Of a stretch of 64,000 nt of DNA, positions 31,701-41,040 are shown piece by piece. Location: the sequence record OM982647. One strand, given 5' to 3'. The stretch is from Escherichia phage ST2. The notes under the pieces were generated by a model. The model made no database searches. It worked only from the letters and a program-made list of their open reading frames with translations, and had not been told where the DNA came from. The position numbers and the translations under genes were made by a program. Every line of letters starts with the position of its first letter. Within the stretch, counting starts at the first letter, position 1.

Positions 31701-32621
31701 GGTAATAGCGCTACAGATGGTGCCCGTGATACAGTATTTGAAGCGGGTGATGAAACCGGATACCATTTCTATTCTCAGCGCGCTGCTGATAATAGAGTAT
31801 CATTTAATATTAATGGAACACTTTATTCAACAGGTATTGTTTCTACAAATGGATTAAATGTTACAGGTGTTTCTACCTTTACAGGGCCTATTAGTGCTAC
31901 AGGCGAAATTGTTTCTAGTTCTCCTATTGCATTCAGAGCTATTAACGGTAACTATGGTGTTATGCTTTATAATGCTGGTAACAGTTCTTATATTGCATTA
32001 ACTAACTCAGGTGACCAGACCGGGACGTTTAATAACTTACGCCCGATCACGATTAACAACGCCACAGGCTTAGTTCGTCTTGACAATGGTGTTCAAATCA
32101 CGAGTGGTGCAACAATAACTACCGGTGGATTAACTGTAAATAACAGAATTATTTCTAACGGCGTTAAAACTGCCACTGTTTATACCGATAAACCAACAGC
32201 TTCTACTGTAGGTTTTTGGTCTATTGACATTAACGATTCTGCTGTATATAGCCAATTCCCTGGATACTGGACGCGTGATAACAAAGGTAACCGTGACCAA
32301 GAAATTAAATATCCTGGTACTTTGACTCAATTCGGTAATAGCTTAGATTCACTTTATCAGGATTGGATTTGTTATCCTACAGGTGCAAATGGTGGTAGCA
32401 TTCGATATACTCGTACCTGGCAGAAAAATAAAGATGCTTGGACTTCATTTGCAATGGTATTTGATAGTGGCAACCCACCTTCACCTAGCGATGTTGGTGC
32501 TATACCATCTGATAATGCTGTTATTGGAAACCTTACTATTCGAGACTTCTTACAATTAGGAAATGTGAGAATTGTTCCAGACCCGGTTAACAAAACAGTT
32601 AAATTTATATGGGTTGAATAA
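28788..32621 (+). CDS. 34: Long tail fiber proximal subunit
   Basis: 1277 aa (T4 1289); internal repeat motifs; first gene of 34-35-36-37 late cluster. Confidence 0.85.
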   Translation: MVDIKRKFRAEDGLDAGGDKIVNVALADRTVGTDGVNVDFLVQENTVQNYDDTRAYTKDFIVLYDNRFYQALSDIPAPAGPFSLAKWKATRTDAEWITVQGGDFQLSVGNSIAVDTSAGTDINFTLPQNPLDGDTVILSDIGGRVGYVKVQITAAAQSIVDFRGQQVRSVLMTHPKSKMVFIFSNRLWQMYVSDYERNAVTVTPATPYQAQPNDFIIRRFTSAAPINITLPRNANNGDIINLVDLDKLNPLYHTIVKTYDETTSIREAGVHVAEGRNTAEAFFVYDSANSLWRVWEGDQKSRLRIVRNDTDLRPNEEVLVFGTNNDTISTVNLTLPTDILSGDTVKISLNYMRKGQTVKIKAAEGDTIASSISLLQFPKRSEYPPDAQWVSVSELEFNGDTSYVPVLELSYIEDYSSETKYWVVQQNTVTVERVDASSNTTRARLGVIALASQAQANVDLENAPGKELAITPETLANRTATETRRGIARIATTAQVNQNTDFAFQDDLIISPKKLNERTATETRRGVAEVATQAETNAGTDDTTIITPKKLDARQGSEVLSGIVKYTSTTGTTAATIRGNAGTNVYNKAVDNLTISPKALDQYKATPTQQGAVILAIESEVIAGESQAGWANAVVTPETLHKKTSTDGRIGLIEIATQAETNTGTDYTRAVTPKTLNDRKATEGLSGIAEIATQVEFDTGTDDTRISTPLKIKTHFDSSDRTSVNSDSGLIEEGTLWNHYTLDISKANETQRGTLRVATQAESNAGTLDDVLITPKKLLGTKSTETSEGVIKVATQAETVTGTSANTAVSPKNLKWIVQSEPSWTATTAIRGFVKTSSGSITFVGNDTVGSTQSLESYEKNSYAVSPYELNRVLANYLPLKAKAADSNLLDGLDSLQFIRRDIDQTVNGSLSLTKQTNLSAPLVSTSTASFGSEASVTRRLTLNDSSGSEIIFTKGTQSLSNKENFVVRAWGNSATDGARDTVFEAGDETGYHFYSQRAADNRVSFNINGTLYSTGIVSTNGLNVTGVSTFTGPISATGEIVSSSPIAFRAINGNYGVMLYNAGNSSYIALTNSGDQTGTFNNLRPITINNATGLVRLDNGVQITSGATITTGGLTVNNRIISNGVKTATVYTDKPTASTVGFWSIDINDSAVYSQFPGYWTRDNKGNRDQEIKYPGTLTQFGNSLDSLYQDWICYPTGANGGSIRYTRTWQKNKDAWTSFAMVFDSGNPPSPSDVGAIPSDNAVIGNLTIRDFLQLGNVRIVPDPVNKTVKFIWVE
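30200..31230 (+). repeat. Imperfect in-frame tandem repeats inside gene 34
   Basis: Repeated peptide modules (T/A)ATETRRG(I/V)A..ATQA..N.GTD...I(T/S)PKKL at least 6 times. Confidence 0.5.
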
Positions 32622-32629
32622 GAGGTTAT

Positions 32630-33754
32630 ATGGAAAAATTTATGGCAAGGTTTGGACAGGGATACGTCCAAACGCCGTTTTTATCGGAAAGCAATTCAGT
32701 TAGATTTAAGCTAAGTATAGCGGGTTCATGCCCGCTTTCAACAACTAATCCGTATATTTTGTTCCAAAACGAGCCTTTAGGGTTGCAGTCTTTTGGTATT
32801 GGACTAAATGTTAGGGTGATAAATCCGGAAAATGGAACTATAGTTGATAGTAAATTATACAATTTTGCGCCTACAAATAATGCAACTTCGGCCGCGTTTA
32901 TTTCGTTTGTTAATACATACGCGGATAATTTCATTTTCGCATTTATTTCTAATAACAAATTTAATTTGCCGCCAGAAATAATTGAATGGTTTAAAGCTGC
33001 TGGGAGTTCAGTTATACCGTCAATTGAAGTTGCTAGTCTTGTTGATATTTCATATTCAGCGTTTTATGTTTCAGGTAAAAATACTATTGCATTAGAACAC
33101 ATAAAATACAGTAATAAGAAAACAATTTCTGATTACGCAACTCCATTAGATATTGTATATGACTCTATTGCTGATATAGGTGCTACCGGCTATCCTAGAC
33201 GTACATATGAAGCTTTAGAAACGTTTTTATCTCCTATTGGAGAAACTAACAATGAAATAAAAAGGATGCCTACATCATCCCTTGTTACTCCTATCGCAAA
33301 CTATGGATTAAAGCCTACAGATTTTCTTTATTTGAAATTTCAATTAATGGCTGATGAAGAATTATTAGAGGAAGGAACCACAAGACTTTCAATTCGTTTC
33401 TTTAAGTCTCCATCTAGCTCTCCTATATCATCTAAAGATATAAACTTTGATGGAACTGCCGGGGAGTGGAAGCTATATGAAGAATACGTTGAAATACCAG
33501 CTGAAGCTGATGGCTTTACAGTATATTGTTACCGTACGGCCTCAGTCGGTCAAGGTGGACTAAGAAATGTTATTTTCACTGAAGTATCATGTAACGGAAG
33601 TATAGCAAAACCCGCCGAGTTTGGTATAAACGGTATTCGTGTTAATTACATTGATGAATCATTAACCGGTAATGATATAATGGACTTGCCTACTCAGTTA
33701 TCTAACGACACAGGTAAGGTATTTGGGCAGGAATTTAAAGAGTACACAGAATAA
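32630..33754 (+). CDS. 35: Long tail fiber hinge connector
   Basis: 374 aa (T4 372); position. Confidence 0.75.
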   Translation: MEKFMARFGQGYVQTPFLSESNSVRFKLSIAGSCPLSTTNPYILFQNEPLGLQSFGIGLNVRVINPENGTIVDSKLYNFAPTNNATSAAFISFVNTYADNFIFAFISNNKFNLPPEIIEWFKAAGSSVIPSIEVASLVDISYSAFYVSGKNTIALEHIKYSNKKTISDYATPLDIVYDSIADIGATGYPRRTYEALETFLSPIGETNNEIKRMPTSSLVTPIANYGLKPTDFLYLKFQLMADEELLEEGTTRLSIRFFKSPSSSPISSKDINFDGTAGEWKLYEEYVEIPAEADGFTVYCYRTASVGQGGLRNVIFTEVSCNGSIAKPAEFGINGIRVNYIDESLTGNDIMDLPTQLSNDTGKVFGQEFKEYTE

Positions 33755-33755
33755 A

Positions 33756-33771
33756 GGAGACTTCGGTCTCC
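33756..33771 (+). terminator. UUCG-tetraloop intrinsic terminator
   Basis: GGAGAC-TTCG-GTCTCC followed by TTTT. Confidence 0.6.
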
Positions 33772-33779
33772 TTTTCGCG

Positions 33780-33787
33780 TATAAATA
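33780..33787 (+). promoter_or_regulatory. Late promoter TATAAATA for gene 36
   Basis: Exact TATAAATA 27 nt upstream of ATG, SD AAGGAGA. Confidence 0.6.
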
Positions 33788-33813
33788 CTTTAATATTAAT
33801 AAGGAGACACGAA

Positions 33814-34470
33814 ATGGCCGATTTAAAAGCCGGAAGTACAGTTGGTGGTTCCGTCATATGGCATCAAGGCAATTTTCCTTTAATGCCAGCTGGCGATGAC
33901 ATCCTATATAAAACATTTAAATTATACACCGAATATAACAAGCCAAAAGCGGCTGATAATGATTTCGTATCTAAAGCAAATGGTGGGACATATCTCAAAA
34001 AGGTAATCTTTAACGAAGGTATTGCAGTCAAAACAGCAGATGACCAAACGAATGGTATTTTTTCTGGTGGTGGTGACGCCGCGACATTCGACCAAACAAA
34101 CATGGATATTGTTTCGTGGTATGGTATTGGGTTTAAATCATCTCAAGGTACAGGTGAAAGAACTGTTGTAATTGATACTCGCACCGGTAATATAAGTTCT
34201 AAAGGTGTTATTGAAGCATCTCAATTCAGAGCCACAACGTTAGCACCTTTAAATAATTACGACCTTACTCGCAAAGATTATGTTGATAGTCAAATAAATA
34301 CAGTTAATGCTAATGCAAACAGTCGTGTACTCCGTTCAGGAGATACGATGACCGGCGCGCTAACAGCCCCAAACTTTTTCTCACAGAATCCTGCATCTCA
34401 ACCCTCGCATGTTCCACGATTTGACCAAATTGTTATTAAGGATTCTGTTCAAGATTTCGGCTATTATTAA
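33814..34470 (+). CDS. 36: Long tail fiber distal connector
   Basis: 218 aa (T4 221); position. Confidence 0.75.
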   Translation: MADLKAGSTVGGSVIWHQGNFPLMPAGDDILYKTFKLYTEYNKPKAADNDFVSKANGGTYLKKVIFNEGIAVKTADDQTNGIFSGGGDAATFDQTNMDIVSWYGIGFKSSQGTGERTVVIDTRTGNISSKGVIEASQFRATTLAPLNNYDLTRKDYVDSQINTVNANANSRVLRSGDTMTGALTAPNFFSQNPASQPSHVPRFDQIVIKDSVQDFGYY

Positions 34471-34478
34471 GAGGACTT

Positions 34479-37400
34479 ATGGCTACTTTAAAACAAATAC
34501 AATTTAAAAGAAGCAAAACTGCAGGAGCACGTCCTGCCGCTTCAGTATTAGCCGAAGGTGAATTGGCTATAAACTTAAAAGACCGTGTACTTTTTACTAA
34601 AGATGACCAAGGAAATATTATTGATCTGGGTTTTGCTAAAGGCGGTAGTATTGACGGGAATGTTATTCATACAGGCAATTATAACCAAACTGGCGATTAT
34701 ACTTTAAATGGGGTCTTCACTCAGACTGGTAATTTTAATTTAACCGGTATTGCTCGAGTAACTCGTGATATTATTGCCGCTGGGCAGATTATGACTGAAG
34801 GCGGAGAACTTATTACAAAAAGTTCGGGTACAGCGCATGTTCGTTTTTTCGATGGCAATAGTCGCGAACGTGGAATCATTTATGCCCCGGCTAATGATGG
34901 ATTAACTACACAAGTACTTAATATCAGGGTTCAAGACTACGCCGCTGGTAGCGAAAGCACTTATGCATTTTCAGGCAGTGGCCTATTTACTTCACCTGAA
35001 GTATCAGCATGGAAATCTATGTCAACTCCTCAGATTTTGACTGACAAAGTCATTACAGACGGGAAGAAGACAGGCGATTATGATATCTATTCATTATCAA
35101 ATAACACTCCAATGGCAGAAGGCGAAACGGCTATTAACCACCTCCGTGTTATGCGAAATGCTGTAGGAGCAGGTATTTTCCACGAAGTTAATGTTAATGA
35201 CGGAATAACCTGGTATTCCGGAGATGGACTTGACACTTATCTTTGGTCGTTTAACTGGGCCGGTGGATTGAAAGCCGGTCATTCTATTTCTGTAGGTCTT
35301 CCAGGCGGCCCCAAAGGATATTCTGAATTAGGAACGGCCTCAATTGTTCTTGGGGATAATGATACCGGGCTAAAATGGCATCAGGACGGATATTTCTATA
35401 CAGTAAACAACGGAACAAAAACTTTCATCTATGGTCCAGGAGAAACGCAAAGCCTTAGAAAAATGGTTATGGCTTATTCTCCAGATGGGCTTCTTATGAC
35501 AACGCCGCCGACAGAAAACTATGCTTTGGCTACTGTTGTTACTTACCATGATAATAATGCGTATGGTGACGGTCAAACTCTTTTAGGATATTATCAAGGT
35601 GGTAATTATCATCATTATTTCCGCGGCAAGGGTACCACAAACATTAATACTCATGGCGGTTTGTTAGTTACTCCAGGTAATATTGATGTTATTGGCGGTT
35701 CTGTTAATATAGATGGTAGAAATAATTCTTCTACACTAATGTTTAGAGGCAACACAACAGGATACAGCTCGGTTGATAATATGGATATTAAAGTTTGGGG
35801 TAATACGTTTGTTGATCCAAGCGGAGGTATCCGTAAAAACATTATGGAAATTTCTGATGCAACTAGCTGGATGAGCTATATTCAAAGACTTACTACTGGC
35901 GAAGTAGAAATGAACGTTAATGGTTCATTTGAATCATCTGGTGTTACTGCTGGAGATAGAGGAGTTCACACAACAGGTGAAATTTCATCTGGAGCAGTGA
36001 ATGCTCTTCGTATTTGGAACGCAGATTATGGAGCCATTTTTAGACGTTCAGAAGGAAGTCTTCATATTATTCCAACTGCTTATGGCGAAGGCAAAGATGG
36101 CGATATCGGTCCACTTCGCCCGTTTAGTATGGCTTTAGATACCGGTAAAGTTACTATTCCAGATTTACAATCAAGTTACAATACGTTCGCTGCGAACGGC
36201 TATATTAAATTTGTTGGCCATGGTGCAGGCGCAGGTGGATATGATATTCAATATGCCCAAGCGGCTCCTATTTTCCAAGAAATTGATGATGCTGAGGTAA
36301 GCAAATATTATCCTATTGTTAAGCAGAAATTTTTACAAGGAAAAGCAGTTTGGTCTTTAGGTACTGAAATTAATTCAGGTACATTCGTGATACACCATAT
36401 CAAAGAAGACGGGACTCAAGCTCATACATCAAGATTTAATGCTGACGGTACAGTTAATTTCCCTGATAATGTTCAGGTTGGTGGCGGTGAAGCTACTATT
36501 GCTCGAAATGGTAATATCTTCTCCAACATTTGGAACGTATTTACCTCTGCTGGTGATATAACCAACATTCATGATGCCATTGCCTCCCGTGTGGCTAAAG
36601 AAGGCGACACGATGACAGGTAAGTTGAGTATTAATGCCCCAGACGATGCTTTAGTATTAAATGCTCCTAGTGCAACTAACTCATCTCATATTCGTTCGAC
36701 TGTCGCTGGAGCAAATAGCTGGTTCATAGGTAAAGGTGGAGTGTCAGACACCGTATCTTTTTATAACTATAAGTCCCAGACAGGTATAGATATATCAGCA
36801 GAAGGTAATATTTCATTTAACCCACAATCGGGTAACCTGGTCAGCATGAGCCAGAACCGTATGTATGTTAACGGCGAAAGATGGGTGGCCACAAACCAAG
36901 GTGCAATTAATGTGCAATACGGCGTTGAAGCTCCAGTATTTGTTAACTTAGGCGAGTTAAATGGTAACGTATACTATCCATTGATAAAGGGTCGAAGCTC
37001 TTCCACCGGATATGGTTACCTAAGTAGTGTTGAGCTTGGCCAATTACGTACAGGTGACAATAACTGGGGTATTGGTTGTATAATTGTTCGCTCGGCTGAA
37101 AATACACCAGAACAAGGACATCCGGCAGCAGTATACCAGTTTGACGCTAGAGGTAACTTTAGTGCTCCAGCCGGGGTTTATTCGAACGTTAATATGGGCA
37201 TTGGCACTATTCCTGTATGGGGTGGTCCATCTCTTGCAATCGGCGACAATGATACTGGATTTGTATGGGAAGCAGACGGTATTTTCAACGCATATGCAAA
37301 CGGCCAAGGTGTGTTTAGTTTTAGACCTGGTTTAGCTCAGACATTCGGTAATGTTAACTTCCACTGTAATGCAGGTATGTATGTTCGTGATAACATTGAT

Positions 37401-37742
37401 GTTAACGACGTTTATATTCGTTCTGATATTCGTTGTAAGTCGGAAATTAAGCTTATTAAGAACGCTCAAGAGAAATCTAAACTATTGGGCGGTTATACTT
37501 ATCTGCTTAAAAACTCTGTTACAGACGAAGTTAAACCGTCCGCAGGTTTAATTGCTCAGGAAGTTCAAGAAGTATTACCTGAACTTGTTTCTGAAGATAA
37601 AGAGACCGGACTGCTTCGTTTGAACTATAACGGTATTATTGGTTTAAATACAGCTGCAATAAACGAGCATACAGATGAAATCAAGGAATTGAAATCTGAA
37701 ATTACCGAATTGAAAGCATTAATTAAATCATTGATAAAATAA
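34479..37742 (+). CDS. 37: Long tail fiber distal subunit with C-terminal intramolecular-chaperone-like domain
   Basis: 1087 aa; C-terminal ~105 aa carries SDIRCK and GLIAQEVQEVLPELV motifs typical of auto-cleaving chaperone domains. Confidence 0.8.
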   Translation: MATLKQIQFKRSKTAGARPAASVLAEGELAINLKDRVLFTKDDQGNIIDLGFAKGGSIDGNVIHTGNYNQTGDYTLNGVFTQTGNFNLTGIARVTRDIIAAGQIMTEGGELITKSSGTAHVRFFDGNSRERGIIYAPANDGLTTQVLNIRVQDYAAGSESTYAFSGSGLFTSPEVSAWKSMSTPQILTDKVITDGKKTGDYDIYSLSNNTPMAEGETAINHLRVMRNAVGAGIFHEVNVNDGITWYSGDGLDTYLWSFNWAGGLKAGHSISVGLPGGPKGYSELGTASIVLGDNDTGLKWHQDGYFYTVNNGTKTFIYGPGETQSLRKMVMAYSPDGLLMTTPPTENYALATVVTYHDNNAYGDGQTLLGYYQGGNYHHYFRGKGTTNINTHGGLLVTPGNIDVIGGSVNIDGRNNSSTLMFRGNTTGYSSVDNMDIKVWGNTFVDPSGGIRKNIMEISDATSWMSYIQRLTTGEVEMNVNGSFESSGVTAGDRGVHTTGEISSGAVNALRIWNADYGAIFRRSEGSLHIIPTAYGEGKDGDIGPLRPFSMALDTGKVTIPDLQSSYNTFAANGYIKFVGHGAGAGGYDIQYAQAAPIFQEIDDAEVSKYYPIVKQKFLQGKAVWSLGTEINSGTFVIHHIKEDGTQAHTSRFNADGTVNFPDNVQVGGGEATIARNGNIFSNIWNVFTSAGDITNIHDAIASRVAKEGDTMTGKLSINAPDDALVLNAPSATNSSHIRSTVAGANSWFIGKGGVSDTVSFYNYKSQTGIDISAEGNISFNPQSGNLVSMSQNRMYVNGERWVATNQGAINVQYGVEAPVFVNLGELNGNVYYPLIKGRSSSTGYGYLSSVELGQLRTGDNNWGIGCIIVRSAENTPEQGHPAAVYQFDARGNFSAPAGVYSNVNMGIGTIPVWGGPSLAIGDNDTGFVWEADGIFNAYANGQGVFSFRPGLAQTFGNVNFHCNAGMYVRDNIDVNDVYIRSDIRCKSEIKLIKNAQEKSKLLGGYTYLLKNSVTDEVKPSAGLIAQEVQEVLPELVSEDKETGLLRLNYNGIIGLNTAAINEHTDEIKELKSEITELKALIKSLIK

Positions 37743-37747
37743 TAAAA

Positions 37748-37761
37748 GGGCCTTCGGGCCC
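37748..37761 (+). terminator. UUCG hairpin (no U-run; likely mRNA-stabilising stem-loop)
   Basis: GGGCC-TTCG-GGCCC immediately after gene 37 stop. Confidence 0.4.
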
Positions 37762-37772
37762 TGGAGGTTTAT

Positions 37773-38552
37773 ATGGCAGTAGTAGGAATCCCTGGTTGGA
37801 TTGGGACCTCAGCCGTTGCTGAAACGGGTCAAAGATGGATGACGGCTGCTTCAAGGGAACTTCGTTTAGGAAACCCTTCATGGATGTCCCAATTCGCGGG
37901 CCGTTCAAGAGAAATAATTCATACACTTGGTGCAGACCATAACTTTAACGGACAATGGTTCCGAGATAGATGTTTTGAGGCAGGTAGTACACCTATAGTG
38001 TTTAATATCACTGGAGATTTAGTATCATATTCTAAAGATGTTCCTTTATTCTTCATGTACGGAGATACACCGAATGAATATGTTCAGTTGAATATACACG
38101 GCGTAACGATGTATGGACGTGGGGGTAATGGCGGTAGCAATAGTCCTGGCTCAGCTGGAGGTCATTGTATTCAAAACGATATTGGTGGGAGACTAAGAAT
38201 TAATAATGGTGGAGCTATTGCAGGCGGCGGTGGCGGCGGTGGCGGCGGTATATATGGCAGACTATCATTTGGTGGTGGCGGTGGTCGTCCATTTGGTGCT
38301 GGTGGGTCTTCCTCTCATATGGGTGCTGGTGCAACCGCTGGCACCATTTCCGCTCCGGGTGCAGGATCTGTCGGTGAGGGGTCTCTTTGGGTATATACAG
38401 GCGGGAATGGCGGCGAAGTTGGCTCTGCAGGAGGAAGATGTAATATTCATGGTAACGGCACAGAATATAACGGCGGCGGTGCTGGTTATGCTGTTATAGG
38501 GTCTGCTCCAACGTGGATAAATGTTGGAGCAATATATGGTCCAAGAGTATAA
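37773..38552 (+). CDS. 38: T2-type receptor-recognising adhesin gp38
   Basis: 259 aa; N-terminus [15 protein letters not shown]...; C-terminal poly-Gly motifs separated by variable segments. Confidence 0.8.
   Translation: MAVVGIPGWIGTSAVAETGQRWMTAASRELRLGNPSWMSQFAGRSREIIHTLGADHNFNGQWFRDRCFEAGSTPIVFNITGDLVSYSKDVPLFFMYGDTPNEYVQLNIHGVTMYGRGGNGGSNSPGSAGGHCIQNDIGGRLRINNGGAIAGGGGGGGGGIYGRLSFGGGGGRPFGAGGSSSHMGAGATAGTISAPGAGSVGEGSLWVYTGGNGGEVGSAGGRCNIHGNGTEYNGGGAGYAVIGSAPTWINVGAIYGPRV
38223..38249 (+). repeat. Perfect (GGCGGCGGT)x3 tandem repeat encoding Gly9 within gene 38
   Basis: 27 bp exact triplication. Confidence 0.8.
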
Positions 38553-38582
38553 TTTGAATAAATATCCTTAAAAGGAGGTATT

Positions 38583-39242
38583 ATGGCAACACCAAAAGTG
38601 TCATTTTCGCCTAGTGATATTCTATTTGGGTTGCTAGATCGTATTTTCAAAGATAACGCTACTGGAAAGGTTTTAATGTCTCGAGTAGCGGTAATTATTC
38701 TTTTGTTCCTAATGGCACTAATATGGTACAAAGGAAGTATTTTGCTGGATTATTATGTAAGAGCTAAGTATGATACTTATACTGAAATAATCCAAAAAGA
38801 ACGAGCTTTACGTTTTGAATCTGCGGCTCTAGAACAACTGCAAATAGTTCATATCTCATCTGGTGCAGATTTTAGTGCTGTGTATTCTTTCAGACCTAAA
38901 AACTTAAATTATTTCGTCGACCTTATAGCTTATGAAGGCAAACTACCTAGCACAATTTCTGAAAAGTCCCTTGGCGGATTCCCGGTGGATAAAACGGCTA
39001 ATGAATATATAATTCATTTAAGTGGCCGTCATTTCTCATCTAAATCAGAATTTGCATTTTTGCCTACAAAATCTAAGACCGCCGAACTTTCTTATATGTA
39101 TAGTTGCCCATACTTTAATTTGGATAACATCTACGCTGGAACTGTGACGATGTATTGGTATAAGGGGAATAATATACTTGAGGAGGAACGCTTAGCGGCT
39201 ATATGCAACCAAGCGGTCCGAATACTAGGAAGGGCTAAATAA
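38583..39242 (+). CDS. t: Holin
   Basis: 219 aa; MATPKVSFSPSDILFGLLDRIFKDNATGKVLMSRVAVIILLF... as T4 T; single TM then periplasmic domain. Confidence 0.9.
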   Translation: MATPKVSFSPSDILFGLLDRIFKDNATGKVLMSRVAVIILLFLMALIWYKGSILLDYYVRAKYDTYTEIIQKERALRFESAALEQLQIVHISSGADFSAVYSFRPKNLNYFVDLIAYEGKLPSTISEKSLGGFPVDKTANEYIIHLSGRHFSSKSEFAFLPTKSKTAELSYMYSCPYFNLDNIYAGTVTMYWYKGNNILEEERLAAICNQAVRILGRAK

Positions 39243-39515
39243 TTAGTTGTTAGAATACATCGCTAAATGACGATAAATATTTTCAAAACCTTCATTGAAT
39301 TCACTAATCAGTGTTTTCTTTTCTTCGGCAGTTAAATTTGTAATTAGTTTTCTGAACGAATTCTGATTTAGCTGCCGACCATCTTTTTTAATTCCAATCT
39401 CATTCAAGAATCCGATGAAACTTGCTCGGTCTTCAACAATATCTTCCCTAGAGAATTTAATCAAAATAGAAGCAATAGTAATAATTTCACGTACGATTTC
39501 AATGTCTTTATTCAT
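39243..39515 (-). CDS. asiA: Anti-sigma70 factor
   Basis: 90 aa; MNKDIEIVREIITIASILIKFSREDIVEDRASFIGFLNEIG... as T4 AsiA. Confidence 0.9.
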   Translation of the reverse strand: MNKDIEIVREIITIASILIKFSREDIVEDRASFIGFLNEIGIKKDGRQLNQNSFRKLITNLTAEEKKTLISEFNEGFENIYRHLAMYSNN

Positions 39516-39547
39516 AACGTTTTATTCATTCCACTTAGTTGATATGG

Positions 39548-39580
39548 ATATAGTACCATTATCAGTGTTGATTGTAAACA
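39548..39580 (-). promoter_or_regulatory. T4-type early promoter for asiA
   Basis: GTTTACA, 18-nt spacer, TACTATAT. Confidence 0.5.
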
Positions 39581-39723
39581 GCTTTTTCTACGCTTTTAAC
39601 GTAATTGGTATAGTCTTCCTGTTCATACGAGTGTAAGGCCAAGAATGTGGCTAATAGTTCATTATAAACTAAAGCCTCACGCTCACGTTCGGCCTCTACT
39701 ACGTTCTGAAGATTATGACTCAT
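39562..39723 (-). CDS. Hypothetical small protein (start trimmed to ATG)
   Basis: 53 aa from internal ATG; track start 39777 non-ATG. Confidence 0.35.
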   Translation of the reverse strand: MSHNLQNVVEAEREREALVYNELLATFLALHSYEQEDYTNYVKSVEKAVYNQH

Positions 39724-40012
39724 ATCGTTCCTTATAACTATCAATGTAGTCCTGTATGTCAAAGAATGACATTTCATATTCTAGGACATTAAGAGCCTGT
39801 TCTTCAGTGTAGTCAGAACCAAATACGATAGTGATTTCACCTGGTTTAGAATGACTGAAATCAACACTAAACTCAATTCGAGAGCAGACTTCATCTTCCA
39901 TATCTATGACAACACTACGATACACTTCTCGGTTAACCTGATAAAGCTCTGCAAGTTCTTCACATTGAATAACAAGTTCAGTGGCAGGATTTTCTTTGAT
40001 TTTAGTAAGCAT
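39713..40012 (-). CDS. Hypothetical protein (start trimmed to ATG with SD AAGGG)
   Basis: 99 aa. Confidence 0.4.
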   Translation of the reverse strand: MLTKIKENPATELVIQCEELAELYQVNREVYRSVVIDMEDEVCSRIEFSVDFSHSKPGEITIVFGSDYTEEQALNVLEYEMSFFDIQDYIDSYKERYES

Positions 40013-40095
40013 AGTCTTTACCCTTATGTTTTTGTTTGCGTTTAGATTGAAGTTCTGATTTCTTTTTGTCCTTATGGACGGAAGCCTTATTGAAA

Positions 40096-40314
40096 TCATG
40101 TTTTGCTACAAGATTGTTCATAATGATTTATAACCTCATTTAAACATTTATCGGTAAAAGAAAACTTTTTAGCCACAGAACATTCGATAATGTGCTCTTT
40201 CAAATCTTTAGAGTCGGTATAACCCATCTCAGTAATAAAGTGGCGAATTAAAGCTTTATTCTTATCATTAACAGAATTAAAATAATCTGCTTTAGAATCA
40301 ATTATTCTCATCAT
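40096..40314 (-). CDS. Hypothetical protein
   Basis: 72-aa ORF. Confidence 0.4.
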   Translation of the reverse strand: MMRIIDSKADYFNSVNDKNKALIRHFITEMGYTDSKDLKEHIIECSVAKKFSFTDKCLNEVINHYEQSCSKT

Positions 40315-40579
40315 CTAATTTCCTTAATTGATATTGCAACGAGCTAATAATTTCTTCATTCATTTTAATATACATGTCGCGCAAGAAAGGTTTTAACCCA
40401 TCACGAATAATTGCTAACGTATCACCTTTACATAGATTGACCAAATAAGGATGATCTAAAGCATCCCAACCAGGCTGATTAGCATACATACCATAGTTTT
40501 CTTCCATCATATGATTAAGGCGTTTGATATCTTGGATACGTGATTCAATAGCATCTTTCTGGAGTTGTTTAATATTCAT
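40298..40579 (-). CDS. Hypothetical protein
   Basis: 93-aa ORF. Confidence 0.4.
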   Translation of the reverse strand: MNIKQLQKDAIESRIQDIKRLNHMMEENYGMYANQPGWDALDHPYLVNLCKGDTLAIIRDGLKPFLRDMYIKMNEEIISSLQYQLRKLDDENN

Positions 40580-41040
40580 TAATAAAGGTCCTCTGAATAA
40601 AGTTCTTTCTCACTTCCGCCACGTTCAATACGTACCTGTCCAGCATATGTTGCAATAATCATTGCTTCTTCACGAGTCCAGTAATTAGAGTATTGGTCGA
40701 TAAAGCCTTGGTCGTCACCACAAACCTGTTGCGAGACTAATTGAGGACCAACTATATCAAGTACTTCAGCCATATCTTTAGAGTAATGACGAACTCCAGG
40801 AATAACCAGAGTTCCACCGCTCTTCAATTTAAACCTATTAGCTGCACATACTATAACACGTTGAACTTTTTGGTCATTATTCCAATAGCACGTTTGCCAA
40901 CAGATTTCAGGAACTTCATTCGTTACATCATCAGCAGAATAATTATAACCGTAGGACTGGAATTTTTCTGCTAGACTTTCAGGAGTCTCACGAGACAAGG
41001 CCAGATCTAATAGCTCTAAACGTTCTTTAAATGATTTCAT
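40579..41040 (-). CDS. Hypothetical protein
   Basis: 153-aa ORF, TAATG-type coupling. Confidence 0.45.
   Translation of the reverse strand: MKSFKERLELLDLALSRETPESLAEKFQSYGYNYSADDVTNEVPEICWQTCYWNNDQKVQRVIVCAANRFKLKSGGTLVIPGVRHYSKDMAEVLDIVGPQLVSQQVCGDDQGFIDQYSNYWTREEAMIIATYAGQVRIERGGSEKELYSEDLY

Noticed and set aside
40002-40121. 39-aa lysine-rich ORF (MNNLVAKHDFNKASVHKDKKK...) in the gap upstream of the 39713..40012 gene
   Set aside because: Overlaps the 3' end of the 40096..40314 ORF out of frame and is the kind of K-rich frame that arises by chance in A-rich sequence; no SD.
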